Positions 10,877 through 19,525 of a stretch of 64,000 nucleotides of DNA are shown piece after piece; the stretch's first letter is position 1; the number at the start of each line of letters is the position of its first letter. The DNA comes from an uncultured Candidatus Poseidoniales archaeon. GTDB taxonomy: Archaea; Thermoplasmatota; Poseidoniia; Poseidoniales; Poseidoniaceae. The stretch spans positions 5,773 through 69,772 of the forward strand of contig CAJJAP010000004.1 in NCBI GenBank assembly GCA_905182185.1. Reading direction: 5' to 3'. Under the pieces are notes generated by a model. That model saw only the letters and a list, made by a program, of their open reading frames with translations. It searched no databases and was not told the origin of the DNA. The translations under genes were made by a program, and so were the position numbers.

Positions 10877-11527
10877 TCAGTTACCCTCTACGATCAGACG
10901 GTATGCAACAGACTTACCAGCCGACGGGGATCGGCGGATAACTTTGATAACGCGGTCGGCAATCCAACCAGCAGGAAGTGGTGTATGGTCTGCATCTGCA
11001 GCCAAGTCGGCCATGTCTCCAATTTCAGCGGTTTCTTTAATCGCTTGAACAGCAGGGTCGGAAATCAAAATCTTTGGGAGAAGTTCTTTTGCTAGGCGAG
11101 GCATTTCTGTTTCCTCATCCATTTCAACGATGTCCCAAGGTGCGAGATGTTCGCTTTCTACTGCGAATTGTTCCTCGGCCGAAATATTTGCTTTGCCAAC
11201 TAATTCTTGGTGAGGCACTAATTCGTGATTTAGTGCATTGAATCTAGAAGTGATTTCTGGTCGGTCGAAATCATCAACGGTTTTTGCTCGAATTGTAATC
11301 TTCTTGCTTTTCTTTGCTGCCCTGCGTCGAGAACCTTGTTCTGCAATAACAGACATTACATTGGTAAATTGCTCAGAATCTTTGGAAACACCCAATACTG
11401 CAGCGATCTCATCAGAAGAAAGACCTTTGATGTCTGTCATGTTTCTGTCAGTCGCTAGTTTGTGGGCGAACTCTTCGGAGACTCCCAGTTCCATCAATCG
11501 CTTCTTTGTTGCGCTCTTTACTACCAT
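10877..11527 (-). CDS. rpoH: RNA polymerase subunit H (Rpo5) with about 90-aa N-terminal extension
   Basis: HELVPHQEL..LPKILISDPAVQAI..VIKVIRRSPSAGKSVAYRLIV; first gene of the rpo operon. Start placed at MVVKS by similarity to the RpoA'' N-terminus. Confidence 0.88.
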   Translation of the reverse strand: MVVKSATKKRLMELGVSEEFAHKLATDRNMTDIKGLSSDEIAAVLGVSKDSEQFTNVMSVIAEQGSRRRAAKKSKKITIRAKTVDDFDRPEITSRFNALNHELVPHQELVGKANISAEEQFAVESEHLAPWDIVEMDEETEMPRLAKELLPKILISDPAVQAIKETAEIGDMADLAADADHTPLPAGWIADRVIKVIRRSPSAGKSVAYRLIVEGN

Positions 11528-11576
11528 GTCAAAGTCCCCGTACCCAGTTTGCACCCTTGCCTGCCACCCTTTCAGG

Positions 11577-11650
11577 CGGGCCTGACGGGGTTCGAACCCG
11601 CGACCATCGGATTAAAAGTCCGACGCTCTACCTGACTGAGCTACAGGCCC
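11577..11650 (-). tRNA. tRNA-Lys (UUU)
   Basis: Reverse complement GGGCCTGTAGCTCAGTCAGGTAGAGCGTCGGA-CTTTTAA-TCCGATGGTCGCGGGTTCGAACCCCGTCAGGCCCG folds as a cloverleaf; CCA not encoded; no intron. Confidence 0.96.
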
Positions 11651-11692
11651 AAAGTAGCAACTTGGGCTTTACGGCCGACTTGCAAACTGCTC

Positions 11693-11698
11693 TTATAA
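11693..11698. promoter_or_regulatory. Candidate TATA box (palindromic TTATAA) between divergent tRNA-Lys and methyltransferase/birA
   Basis: TTATAA about 43 nt upstream of the mature tRNA 5' end; judged on position only. Confidence 0.3.
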
Positions 11699-11847
11699 CT
11701 TGCGGAGGGGGGGAATAGCGCCTCGCATCGCGAAGCTCGCTCCCAGAAGTGGCTTGGAGTTGGGCGAATATCGCCATCTAAGCCGCTGGGTGCATTTTGT
11801 GTTACAAGTGGACAGCCATAAAGGCTTCGTCCTATGACCGTCTCGGC

Positions 11848-13338
11848 ATGGTCATGGCGGACGAGAAACCCTTCAATATTGCTAGCGCCGAGCAAGAAAT
11901 CGACCGCTTGAATCGGCCAATAAAATCGGTGATTTGGCAAGCTCCGAAGGGTGAATCATTCACCCTCAGCATACCCCCAACTGTCTACCCCCCTAGAGAA
12001 GATACTGACCTTCTTGCTAATGCCATTGTTAGGATCGGTGCTGGACGTGGAAAAAGATGTCTTGAAATCGGTTGTGGCAGTGGAGCATTGTCCTTATTGG
12101 CCGCTAGACAGGGATGGAAGGTAAAGGCCTGCGACATCAACCCCTTTGCGGTGATGGCATCCCGACATTCTGCTAAAATTGCAGATATTGACCTTGACAT
12201 TCGAGAAGGCGGCCCAGGACCTAAAGAAGATGGTGAAATAAATCAGTGGTCCGGCCAAGAACTACACGACCTAATCATCTGGAACTTACCATATCTCGAA
12301 TTACCGAGTTCTAGCGATGAGGTTCTAGGGCCGTTTGAAGAAGCCGCATTACTAGATACGGATTCAATTGGACTTGTTTCCCGCCTAGTAAAATTGATAT
12401 CAACTGGAAAGTTGATGACCCCTTCTGGAATGGCCCTAATTCTGGTTTCAAATAATCAAAGAGGGAACGATACGAAAAGAATCTGTCTTCAAAATGGTCT
12501 ATCATGCCGTGAATTTTCCAGTAAACAATTTGATGATGGTGAGGAATTAACTGTATATTCGATTTGGCTGCCATTCTCAAATTGCCCAGTTAGCACACAT
12601 GATGAAATTGAATCGACAAACAAAGTATTGCTCGATAACGAAGGACAAATAGGAACCTCCATTAAAGCAAAAAGGCAACTTGAAGGAAAAGGTAGGCGTG
12701 GACGTAATTGGACTAGTGAAACAATTTCATTTGCAGGCTCCTGGATTGTCCACGATGGAAAAGGCGAACTGGTTCACTCAGACCTACAATTGGTTGGCGG
12801 ACTTGCTGTTGTTGATGCCATTAGAGCAATTTCAAATAGGGAGTGCAGTAACCGGATTAGACTCAAATGGCCGAACGACATCCTATTGAAAAATGAATCT
12901 TCTGAATGGGCCAAGGTATCTGGAGTATTATTAGAAGGTAGAAGCATTGCTTCCGAAATAAGATTAGTTCTTGGAATCGGAGTTAATATTTATTCTGCAG
13001 AGCCACTAGAAAAGCAAGATTTCAAAATTGCAACTCTCAATCAAAGTCTTGATTTGGATATTAATTTCGGACAATTTTCATCGGTGATTAGTGCGGCCTT
13101 ATCCTCACTGCTAGAACAAAAGATCAACATCCCAAATTTTCCATCCAATAAATTACTTAAAATCACTTTAGAAGAAATTAACAGTACTGTTCTTTCACTG
13201 GGCAACCCAATCTATAGAACAGATAGTTGTCAAGTTGTTGGATTAGATGAAAAGGGCCAACTACAAGTAAAAACGACTTCGGGAGAATTACTGAATCTAG
13301 ACGAAGGTGAAGATTTAATTTGGCCAAAATATAATTGA
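11848..13338 (+). CDS. birA: Fusion of HemK/PrmC-like SAM methyltransferase and biotin--protein ligase
   Basis: N-half VYPPREDT, LEIGCGSG, IWNLPY; C-half IESTN, GKGRRGRNW, LKWPNDI, KVSGVLLE, LGIGVN. Start uncertain (11797, 11848 or 11854). Confidence 0.85.
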   Translation: MVMADEKPFNIASAEQEIDRLNRPIKSVIWQAPKGESFTLSIPPTVYPPREDTDLLANAIVRIGAGRGKRCLEIGCGSGALSLLAARQGWKVKACDINPFAVMASRHSAKIADIDLDIREGGPGPKEDGEINQWSGQELHDLIIWNLPYLELPSSSDEVLGPFEEAALLDTDSIGLVSRLVKLISTGKLMTPSGMALILVSNNQRGNDTKRICLQNGLSCREFSSKQFDDGEELTVYSIWLPFSNCPVSTHDEIESTNKVLLDNEGQIGTSIKAKRQLEGKGRRGRNWTSETISFAGSWIVHDGKGELVHSDLQLVGGLAVVDAIRAISNRECSNRIRLKWPNDILLKNESSEWAKVSGVLLEGRSIASEIRLVLGIGVNIYSAEPLEKQDFKIATLNQSLDLDINFGQFSSVISAALSSLLEQKINIPNFPSNKLLKITLEEINSTVLSLGNPIYRTDSCQVVGLDEKGQLQVKTTSGELLNLDEGEDLIWPKYN

Positions 13339-13348
13339 TCTAGCACAA

Positions 13349-13879
13349 TTAGACATCTATTTCTGCATCAAGTATTTCCTCTTTGGAACTTTCTAATTGT
13401 TTCTCTTCTTTACGCTTATACAAACCAAAGACCAGCAGTAAAACTCCGATTGGATATACGATTTTATCCAACATACTCTGCCTATCGATTGAGATGACTA
13501 CTTCGGTAATGGCTGCATCATCTTCTCCGTCAACTGAGATGACGAGGTTGTAGTCCTTGCTTGATTTCGCCACATAAACAAATTCATCTTTAGAATCTTC
13601 AATCATTATAATTTCCTTTACAACCTCTCCTTCTAGACTAATTGTCACAGTTGTTGCATTTGATGTACTAAATCGCATCTTTATTTCATCACCCTCACTA
13701 AGTGAAAGGTTCTTGGAATGAGGCAGATCGTTGTTAATATTTTCTGGTTCAGGCCAAGAATGCATGATTAATGAACCAACTAATATTGAAATTGAGACCA
13801 GGATGAATACATCACTCATCTTCATTGCTGGTGCTGTGCCTCCGCCGGACATATTGTACGCCACCTGCATTGGTATCAT
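13349..13879 (-). CDS. Hypothetical membrane protein (N- and C-terminal TM segments around a beta-rich region)
   Basis: 176-aa ORF with two hydrophobic segments. Confidence 0.65.
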   Translation of the reverse strand: MIPMQVAYNMSGGGTAPAMKMSDVFILVSISILVGSLIMHSWPEPENINNDLPHSKNLSLSEGDEIKMRFSTSNATTVTISLEGEVVKEIIMIEDSKDEFVYVAKSSKDYNLVISVDGEDDAAITEVVISIDRQSMLDKIVYPIGVLLLVFGLYKRKEEKQLESSKEEILDAEIDV

Positions 13880-13907
13880 GAAGATAGTGATGCAACACTG
13901 ATTGAAA

Positions 13908-14318
13908 TCATCTACGTTCTCTATTTGGCTTAGGCAAATTCAATCGCTCCCTAATCAAACGTATTTTCCCACTCATACTAACGCTAAGCATGGAGTATTC
14001 GTCATAACCCTGCTCGGTTTCAATCAATATTCTAAAATCACTTGAGACCTCATGGGGAACCTGAATTATTGCTAATCCTTCATCGCCATTTAGAGATATT
14101 TTAGGAAGAGTTTGTTTTAAGTTAGTATGTGCCAACTCAGCACCCTCACTGCCACCACTGAAAAAATCCATAAGTTTTATTTCTTTTTTACTGCCTAATA
14201 GCTGTTGTAAATCATTCACTGCTGTTTGTAACTGGCTGCGAGTTGTCATCTCAGGCGAAACTACAACTCCAATCCAGCGCCTCTTGCCACGTAGTGCCTT
14301 GGTCAGTTTCTTTGCCAT
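13908..14318 (-). CDS. Rpp14/Pop5-family RNase P protein (probable)
   Basis: N-terminal LTKALRGKRRWIGV resembles archaeal Pop5 LPxxLRxKRRYI; C-terminal SVSMSGKIRLIRE resembles xSGTIKK. Confidence 0.65.
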   Translation of the reverse strand: MAKKLTKALRGKRRWIGVVVSPEMTTRSQLQTAVNDLQQLLGSKKEIKLMDFFSGGSEGAELAHTNLKQTLPKISLNGDEGLAIIQVPHEVSSDFRILIETEQGYDEYSMLSVSMSGKIRLIRERLNLPKPNRERR

Positions 14319-14406
14319 ATATCATGCCACAATACACTCCTACAATTAGATTTCACATGAAAATTTATGCCATACACTGAAAATATAGGACTGAGTCCCT
14401 AGCAAT

Positions 14407-15897
14407 GTGGCAGATGAGGTAGAGGCTAATACCTCCAAAGTTGAATCTGAAATTGAAATCGAACAGCCAGTAAATTCAGTTCTTGATGAACTATCTAATC
14501 AAAAAACTTCAATTTGGGGTCTTATCAAAACACTATTATCGCCTCAAACATTGCCTCATATCGCATTAATAGTGATGCTCTCATCTACGTTCTACATAAT
14601 TGCTAACATGGGTGGCGATTTTATTGCTGCCATAGGTTTCATTTCTGTTTCTTTTGGATATGCGATTACGGCAGTTACCTCCAATACAGAGTTCGTGCAG
14701 AAGTTAACAAAACTCCCAAGTAGGGATTCGAGTGATTTACGGGAAGGGCAATCACCTAGCGAACAATTAGGTCGATTGAAAAGAGTTATTTTCAGTTTTA
14801 GGATTTGTATATTCCCATTAGTGATGTCTACATTTACTCTACTTGGACTAATGTTTTTGTTCCTTGGCAATGGCGTACTGTCCGATTTGAAGGAAACAAT
14901 TTCACTAGCCCTTGCCTTTTTATTCATTATTTGGAGCATCGTTCAAGGACGCTCCTTTACAAAATGGACCTCTACCATTTCTGTTTCAAAAGTCCCACAA
15001 TCATCTGAGAAAAGAGGCAAACCGATGGCTCAAGCGATTATCCATGGCCTTGTAATTCTTCTAATCGCATTTATCGGAGTCTGCATATTCCGTCTACTAC
15101 AAGGAGGCGATATCGTACCATGGAAAATACTGGTCACAAACTCCCCATATCTAATTGCAACTTTGGGGTTACATGTTTTTGCTGTGACTTGGTCTTGGAA
15201 GTCAAGGGTTGCCGCATCTAGAGATGTTGCAATGTCTGCATTTACCTGGAAATGGACATTAATGGCTCAGCTATTCATTACCTGGCATGCGCTAACAATC
15301 TGGCGCCATATTGATTTGGATCCGAATGATTCCCAATTAATAATCGAGGAAGTTTTATTGATGATATTTACAGTATTTATGGCGATTTGGACCCTTACTT
15401 CACGTGGAATTAAATCTAAGCGCCCATTATTTAATCAAAATAACGCTCTCCCTTGGGGATTATCATTCGGATATGCCTATGCAGGTTCAGTTGCCATGCT
15501 AACAGTAGTTCTTGATGAATTAACCAATGTAATGATGGCTGGACATTTCGTAGTAATCTTAACCGTATTATGGATGCAACGCTCAGTATTAGCAAGTCTT
15601 GTAGAGGATAGAGACCAAGGGATTGAAGTCAAGCGAATTACTGAATCCATATTGGACAAGAAGTCTAAAAAACCAGAAGTATTATCTGAAAAATCGGATT
15701 CCCATGAAGTTGAAAAAATAGTTGCTACTTCGGAAGAAAGTAATGAAATGGATGAAATTGCAGTCATTGTTGAAGAAGACTCGCAAGAAATTGAAGGCAG
15801 TTGGCAACAAGATTCTACCACTGAATGGGGCAAACAAATAGAATCTATCAGTGATGATGTTGAATGGAATTCTGACGTTATAGAATTGGATGACTGA
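14407..15897 (+). CDS. Hypothetical multi-pass membrane protein with acidic C-terminal tail
   Basis: 496-aa ORF with about 10 hydrophobic segments. Confidence 0.75.
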   Translation: MADEVEANTSKVESEIEIEQPVNSVLDELSNQKTSIWGLIKTLLSPQTLPHIALIVMLSSTFYIIANMGGDFIAAIGFISVSFGYAITAVTSNTEFVQKLTKLPSRDSSDLREGQSPSEQLGRLKRVIFSFRICIFPLVMSTFTLLGLMFLFLGNGVLSDLKETISLALAFLFIIWSIVQGRSFTKWTSTISVSKVPQSSEKRGKPMAQAIIHGLVILLIAFIGVCIFRLLQGGDIVPWKILVTNSPYLIATLGLHVFAVTWSWKSRVAASRDVAMSAFTWKWTLMAQLFITWHALTIWRHIDLDPNDSQLIIEEVLLMIFTVFMAIWTLTSRGIKSKRPLFNQNNALPWGLSFGYAYAGSVAMLTVVLDELTNVMMAGHFVVILTVLWMQRSVLASLVEDRDQGIEVKRITESILDKKSKKPEVLSEKSDSHEVEKIVATSEESNEMDEIAVIVEEDSQEIEGSWQQDSTTEWGKQIESISDDVEWNSDVIELDD

Positions 15898-15899
15898 AA

Positions 15900-16811
15900 T
15901 CAACTACCAATTCCAGATAGCAATGTTACGACTCTAATCGAATCGTGTAAGTCATCACTCACTCTTGCTCCGAGAATTACTTGGGCATCAACATCCAGCG
16001 CAGCAGTAAACATGCTCGCAACTGTTTCGACTTGACCAATGGTCATCCCTTGACCACCCTCGATTTGAATTAAACAACCCTTAGCACCACTGACATCTAA
16101 TTCTGCCAAAGGTGCCATCATCGCCGATTTCAAAATCTCTTCCGGTTCATCTGCCCTTCCTACACCGACTAGCATAGTGGCTCCACCTTCGGCATCAACA
16201 ATTGCCCTTAGATCCATTAAATCCAAATTGATTAAGCCCATTCTTAGTAGAGTCCTGACTAAACCATCTACTAAATCTTCAATCCATTCAGCACCCATCT
16301 GCCATGCTGTACCCTTTTCTCTCGCTTGTCTTGCAAGTCTTTCAAGTGACAATTGTACTGTAATATGTGCATTGCTTTGTAAACGTTCAAGTCCTTCAGC
16401 AGCGATTTTCGCTCGTGTCTCTTGTATTTCGAAAGGTAATGCTGCCACCGACAATACGACCGCCCCAGATTGCCGCGCTTGTCGGGCAAATTCATGAGCT
16501 GCTCCCGTACCAGAGCCGCCGCCCAATCCGACTAGCAAAACAACCAATTCAACATCCTCTAAGATCGTTCTAGCAAGAGGTGCGAGCCCCCTCATTCGTT
16601 GTTCTGCCAAAGGAGGTAAAGCAGCACAACCGACTGAATCTAATGTATGTCCTAAGCGCAATACATGGGCCGAGTCACAACCTGTTAAACTAGAATCATC
16701 AGCATCAATAAGAACTAAGTCAGCGCCTCTTCCACACTTTTCATAAGCTCTTTTTGCCCAAGCACAACCTAAACCACCAACACCGGCAATTAGGATTTGT
16801 GAGGCTTCCAT
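15900..16811 (-). CDS. Divergent FtsZ/tubulin-family GTPase
   Basis: IAGVGGLG, IDAD, LGGGSGTG, LPF, GLINLDLMDL, C-terminal VILGA..IRVVTLLSGI. Confidence 0.85.
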   Translation of the reverse strand: MEASQILIAGVGGLGCAWAKRAYEKCGRGADLVLIDADDSSLTGCDSAHVLRLGHTLDSVGCAALPPLAEQRMRGLAPLARTILEDVELVVLLVGLGGGSGTGAAHEFARQARQSGAVVLSVAALPFEIQETRAKIAAEGLERLQSNAHITVQLSLERLARQAREKGTAWQMGAEWIEDLVDGLVRTLLRMGLINLDLMDLRAIVDAEGGATMLVGVGRADEPEEILKSAMMAPLAELDVSGAKGCLIQIEGGQGMTIGQVETVASMFTAALDVDAQVILGARVSDDLHDSIRVVTLLSGIGS

Positions 16812-16868
16812 CGACCTAATGGTGGCGATGAACCTCAATGAACTTTGGCTGTAGATATTTTCTTAATC

Positions 16869-17168
16869 CTACTCAACATAACGAAGATAACGCCTTCTTG
16901 CATCTCTCGCCCATGCGTTATCTGGCTCTAGTTCTAAAACCAAATCATAATACTTTATTGCATTCTCAAATTCGGAGAGGTGACGTCCATACAGATGGCC
17001 GAGATTGGATAGGACTGGGATGCAGCCTTCTTCCCCCTCTAACATCTTGAGCAGTAATTCTTCCGCAGCGCCAAGATGATTTTTCACCATCAACTCTTCT
17101 GCTTTATCGAGTTGTTCCAATTGTTCAGAGCTCAAATCGTAAGTATTTTCGAAGGTATGGCTTGACAT
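16869..17168 (-). CDS. Small TPR-repeat protein
   Basis: VLSNLGHLY..AIKYYDLVLELEPDNAWA matches the TPR consensus. Confidence 0.75.
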   Translation of the reverse strand: MSSHTFENTYDLSSEQLEQLDKAEELMVKNHLGAAEELLLKMLEGEEGCIPVLSNLGHLYGRHLSEFENAIKYYDLVLELEPDNAWARDARRRYLRYVE

Positions 17169-17401
17169 TCACTTCACCTTTCGTGTCCACGAGTAGGTAG
17201 TCAATCAAACCTTTCATTGCTAGACTCAACAATATTGTAAAAAATGGAAGATTTAACATTCCCAGAAGATTAAATTTCATAGGAATTACCCCCTATTATA
17301 CGGATATTCAAAACGCAACACTGCGAGTCATTTATCCATCACAATTGCAAGCAATGTTTAAGGGGTCCACCCAAGTCGCTAAGAACATCTTGGGTGCTGC
17401 T

Positions 17402-18217
17402 ATGCGAGTTGGTTCTTTTTCTACGAGAATTACCCTTCTTTTGGGGCTGGTAGGGCTATTGCTACTTCCGAGCCTTGCAACATCATATCACACCGGCATT
17501 GGAGGAGAACAATCCAATGCTGGAGAGACTATTGATGATGTGGCAAAGCAAGGCTGCTTATGCCATAATGGCGCAGCTGATAATTCGATTCAGGTAATTC
17601 TTGACAAAGTCCCATATGCTTGGAATGCTGGCGACACATATGAATTCAACTTGCAACTAATCGGCGGACCTGCTGGCGGAATTTATACCGCTGGATTTTC
17701 AATGCGCACTAGTGCAGGCGAACTATCCGGCACAGACCTACAAAACTGGGAAGAAGACGTGACAACACTCACTCATACCGACGCATCTGCAAGCAAAGAT
17801 GACCGTTCGTGGCTTTTGACATGGACCGCTCCTGCTGCGGGAGAAGGTAGCGTTAATTTCTGGATTACTGGGAATTCGGTTTCAGGCGAGGGACTCCCTG
17901 GTGAAGATGACAAGTGGAATCAATTATTATTCGCCCTTCAGGAAGGAGATGCAGATAGTATCGCCCTTGGAACAAGAACTTTGTTTGCTGGTGATGGAAA
18001 TGTTAGCCCTCCTGCACCCTCTTCACATGGAGTCGATCTACACAGCATGGGAGCCCCGCTAAGAGCGCACTGGCTCGGATTACTCGGATTTGGCGCTGTA
18101 ATCATTGTAATAATATTCTCAGGCCTAATGCTAAGATATGGATTCTCCACCTCCTACAAGGGACGTAGCAATGCTCTACGTCTCCGCTACAAATTGATGC
18201 AGAGAGGTGACCAGTGA
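17402..18217 (+). CDS. Membrane-anchored Reeler/choice-of-anchor-V-like protein with CxCH motif
   Basis: Signal peptide, GCLCH, beta-sandwich-type motifs (WTAPAAGEGSVNFWITGNSV), C-terminal TM; first gene of the respiratory operon. Confidence 0.6.
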   Translation: MRVGSFSTRITLLLGLVGLLLLPSLATSYHTGIGGEQSNAGETIDDVAKQGCLCHNGAADNSIQVILDKVPYAWNAGDTYEFNLQLIGGPAGGIYTAGFSMRTSAGELSGTDLQNWEEDVTTLTHTDASASKDDRSWLLTWTAPAAGEGSVNFWITGNSVSGEGLPGEDDKWNQLLFALQEGDADSIALGTRTLFAGDGNVSPPAPSSHGVDLHSMGAPLRAHWLGLLGFGAVIIVIIFSGLMLRYGFSTSYKGRSNALRLRYKLMQRGDQ

Positions 18218-18660
18218 TGGATGATACAATCACGACCCTGTTGCGAGGTGTTGCAAAAGGAAACATCAGTATCGCTGATGCGAGAACTGCTTTGGAAAGT
18301 GCTTCACTGACTGAAGAACAGATGCAGAAAGCAATCGACCATGGAGTATTCAATCCTGCCGAACTGGGATCCATCGTCAGTGCAACCCTAGCCCCTTCAG
18401 GCGCATCACATCTGGCAATGTTCTTCTTCGTCTGGGGATTATTTTGGAGTTGCTACTGGTCTTTTTCATTAATCTATGGACTACTACATGGTTGGGACCA
18501 ACAACAATTATCATTCCATTTAGCCATGACATTAACGACCATAATAATGATGGGAATAATCTACCTAAAATATATCCTACCTGACACTATTATCGTCAAA
18601 TATGCTATGAATAAGTTCGTAACTGAGCATAAAAAGGACTGGAAGGAGTACAACTGGTGA
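18217..18660 (+). CDS. Hypothetical 2-TM protein in the Rieske/cytochrome b operon
   Basis: 148-aa ORF abutting both neighbours; two hydrophobic helices. Confidence 0.65.
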   Translation: MDDTITTLLRGVAKGNISIADARTALESASLTEEQMQKAIDHGVFNPAELGSIVSATLAPSGASHLAMFFFVWGLFWSCYWSFSLIYGLLHGWDQQQLSFHLAMTLTTIIMMGIIYLKYILPDTIIVKYAMNKFVTEHKKDWKEYNW

Positions 18661-18665
18661 TTATT

Positions 18666-19514
18666 ATGGCTCGCGAATACGAACTCAAACCGGCACCAAG
18701 TGGTGAACAATCTTCTACAAAAACAGCAGGAGATTCATTAATCAATAGACGCCAATTCCTTAGTTATGGATTCAATACTGCCACAGGCGTACTAGCGGCT
18801 TCACTGGGAGTTCTTGGTTTCGCATCCCTATTGCTGCCACCTGGCGGTAGCACCGGTGGCGACCTTGCTGCAAAATACTGGGCTAAGGGTCGTGAAGATG
18901 AGGCATGGTATGGAGCAATGCATGAACAAGTAATGAAGAAATCTGATTTCGTTGCTGAGGCAGCAAAGAGCTCCACCGGAACATCAGGAGCGGCTGGTGT
19001 TTGGAACGGAGTTCCAATAGTAGTAACATATGTAAACCATTCAAAGAATGCTGGAACCCCTTTATCAAATGGTAAAGCACGATTCCAATTCATGGAAGGA
19101 TATGATGGAACTGGAAAATATGTTGGCCATTTTGATGACTTGGCTGATGCAGACCCAAGACTATCACCCTCTGAGAATTTAGTAATGATTTTTGCAAGGT
19201 GTACACATTTGTGCTGCATCCCAGGTTGGCAATTAGTTTCTAACTCTTATACTGAAGATACATGGACTCCAGGCGGAGGTGATGATGGTGGAACAAAATT
19301 ATTCTGTATTTGCCACTCCTCACGTTTCGACCCTACTGCTTTAGAGATGAACACTAATACAAATCGTTCTAATGGTGCTAAATTCAAGTACGCTGGCATT
19401 CGCAGAGCCGGCGGCCCTGCGCCAGTAGGATTACCAATAATCCCGATTGCCATGAATGGCGATATTATTGAAGGATTACCAGATTATGTGGATTGGTACA
19501 CATTTTGCGACTGA
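18666..19514 (+). CDS. Rieske [2Fe-2S] subunit of a cytochrome bc/b6f-type complex
   Basis: Tat-like RRQFL plus TM; boxes CTHLCC and CICHSSRF; GGPAPVGLP; GGTGA RBS. Confidence 0.92.
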   Translation: MAREYELKPAPSGEQSSTKTAGDSLINRRQFLSYGFNTATGVLAASLGVLGFASLLLPPGGSTGGDLAAKYWAKGREDEAWYGAMHEQVMKKSDFVAEAAKSSTGTSGAAGVWNGVPIVVTYVNHSKNAGTPLSNGKARFQFMEGYDGTGKYVGHFDDLADADPRLSPSENLVMIFARCTHLCCIPGWQLVSNSYTEDTWTPGGGDDGGTKLFCICHSSRFDPTALEMNTNTNRSNGAKFKYAGIRRAGGPAPVGLPIIPIAMNGDIIEGLPDYVDWYTFCD

Positions 19515-19525
19515 GGTGAAATGAA

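Noticed and set aside
11647-11667. Leader hairpin GCCCAA/TTGGGC overlapping the tRNA-Lys 5' end
   Set aside because: Only 6 bp; compatible with chance and weaker than the acceptor stem.
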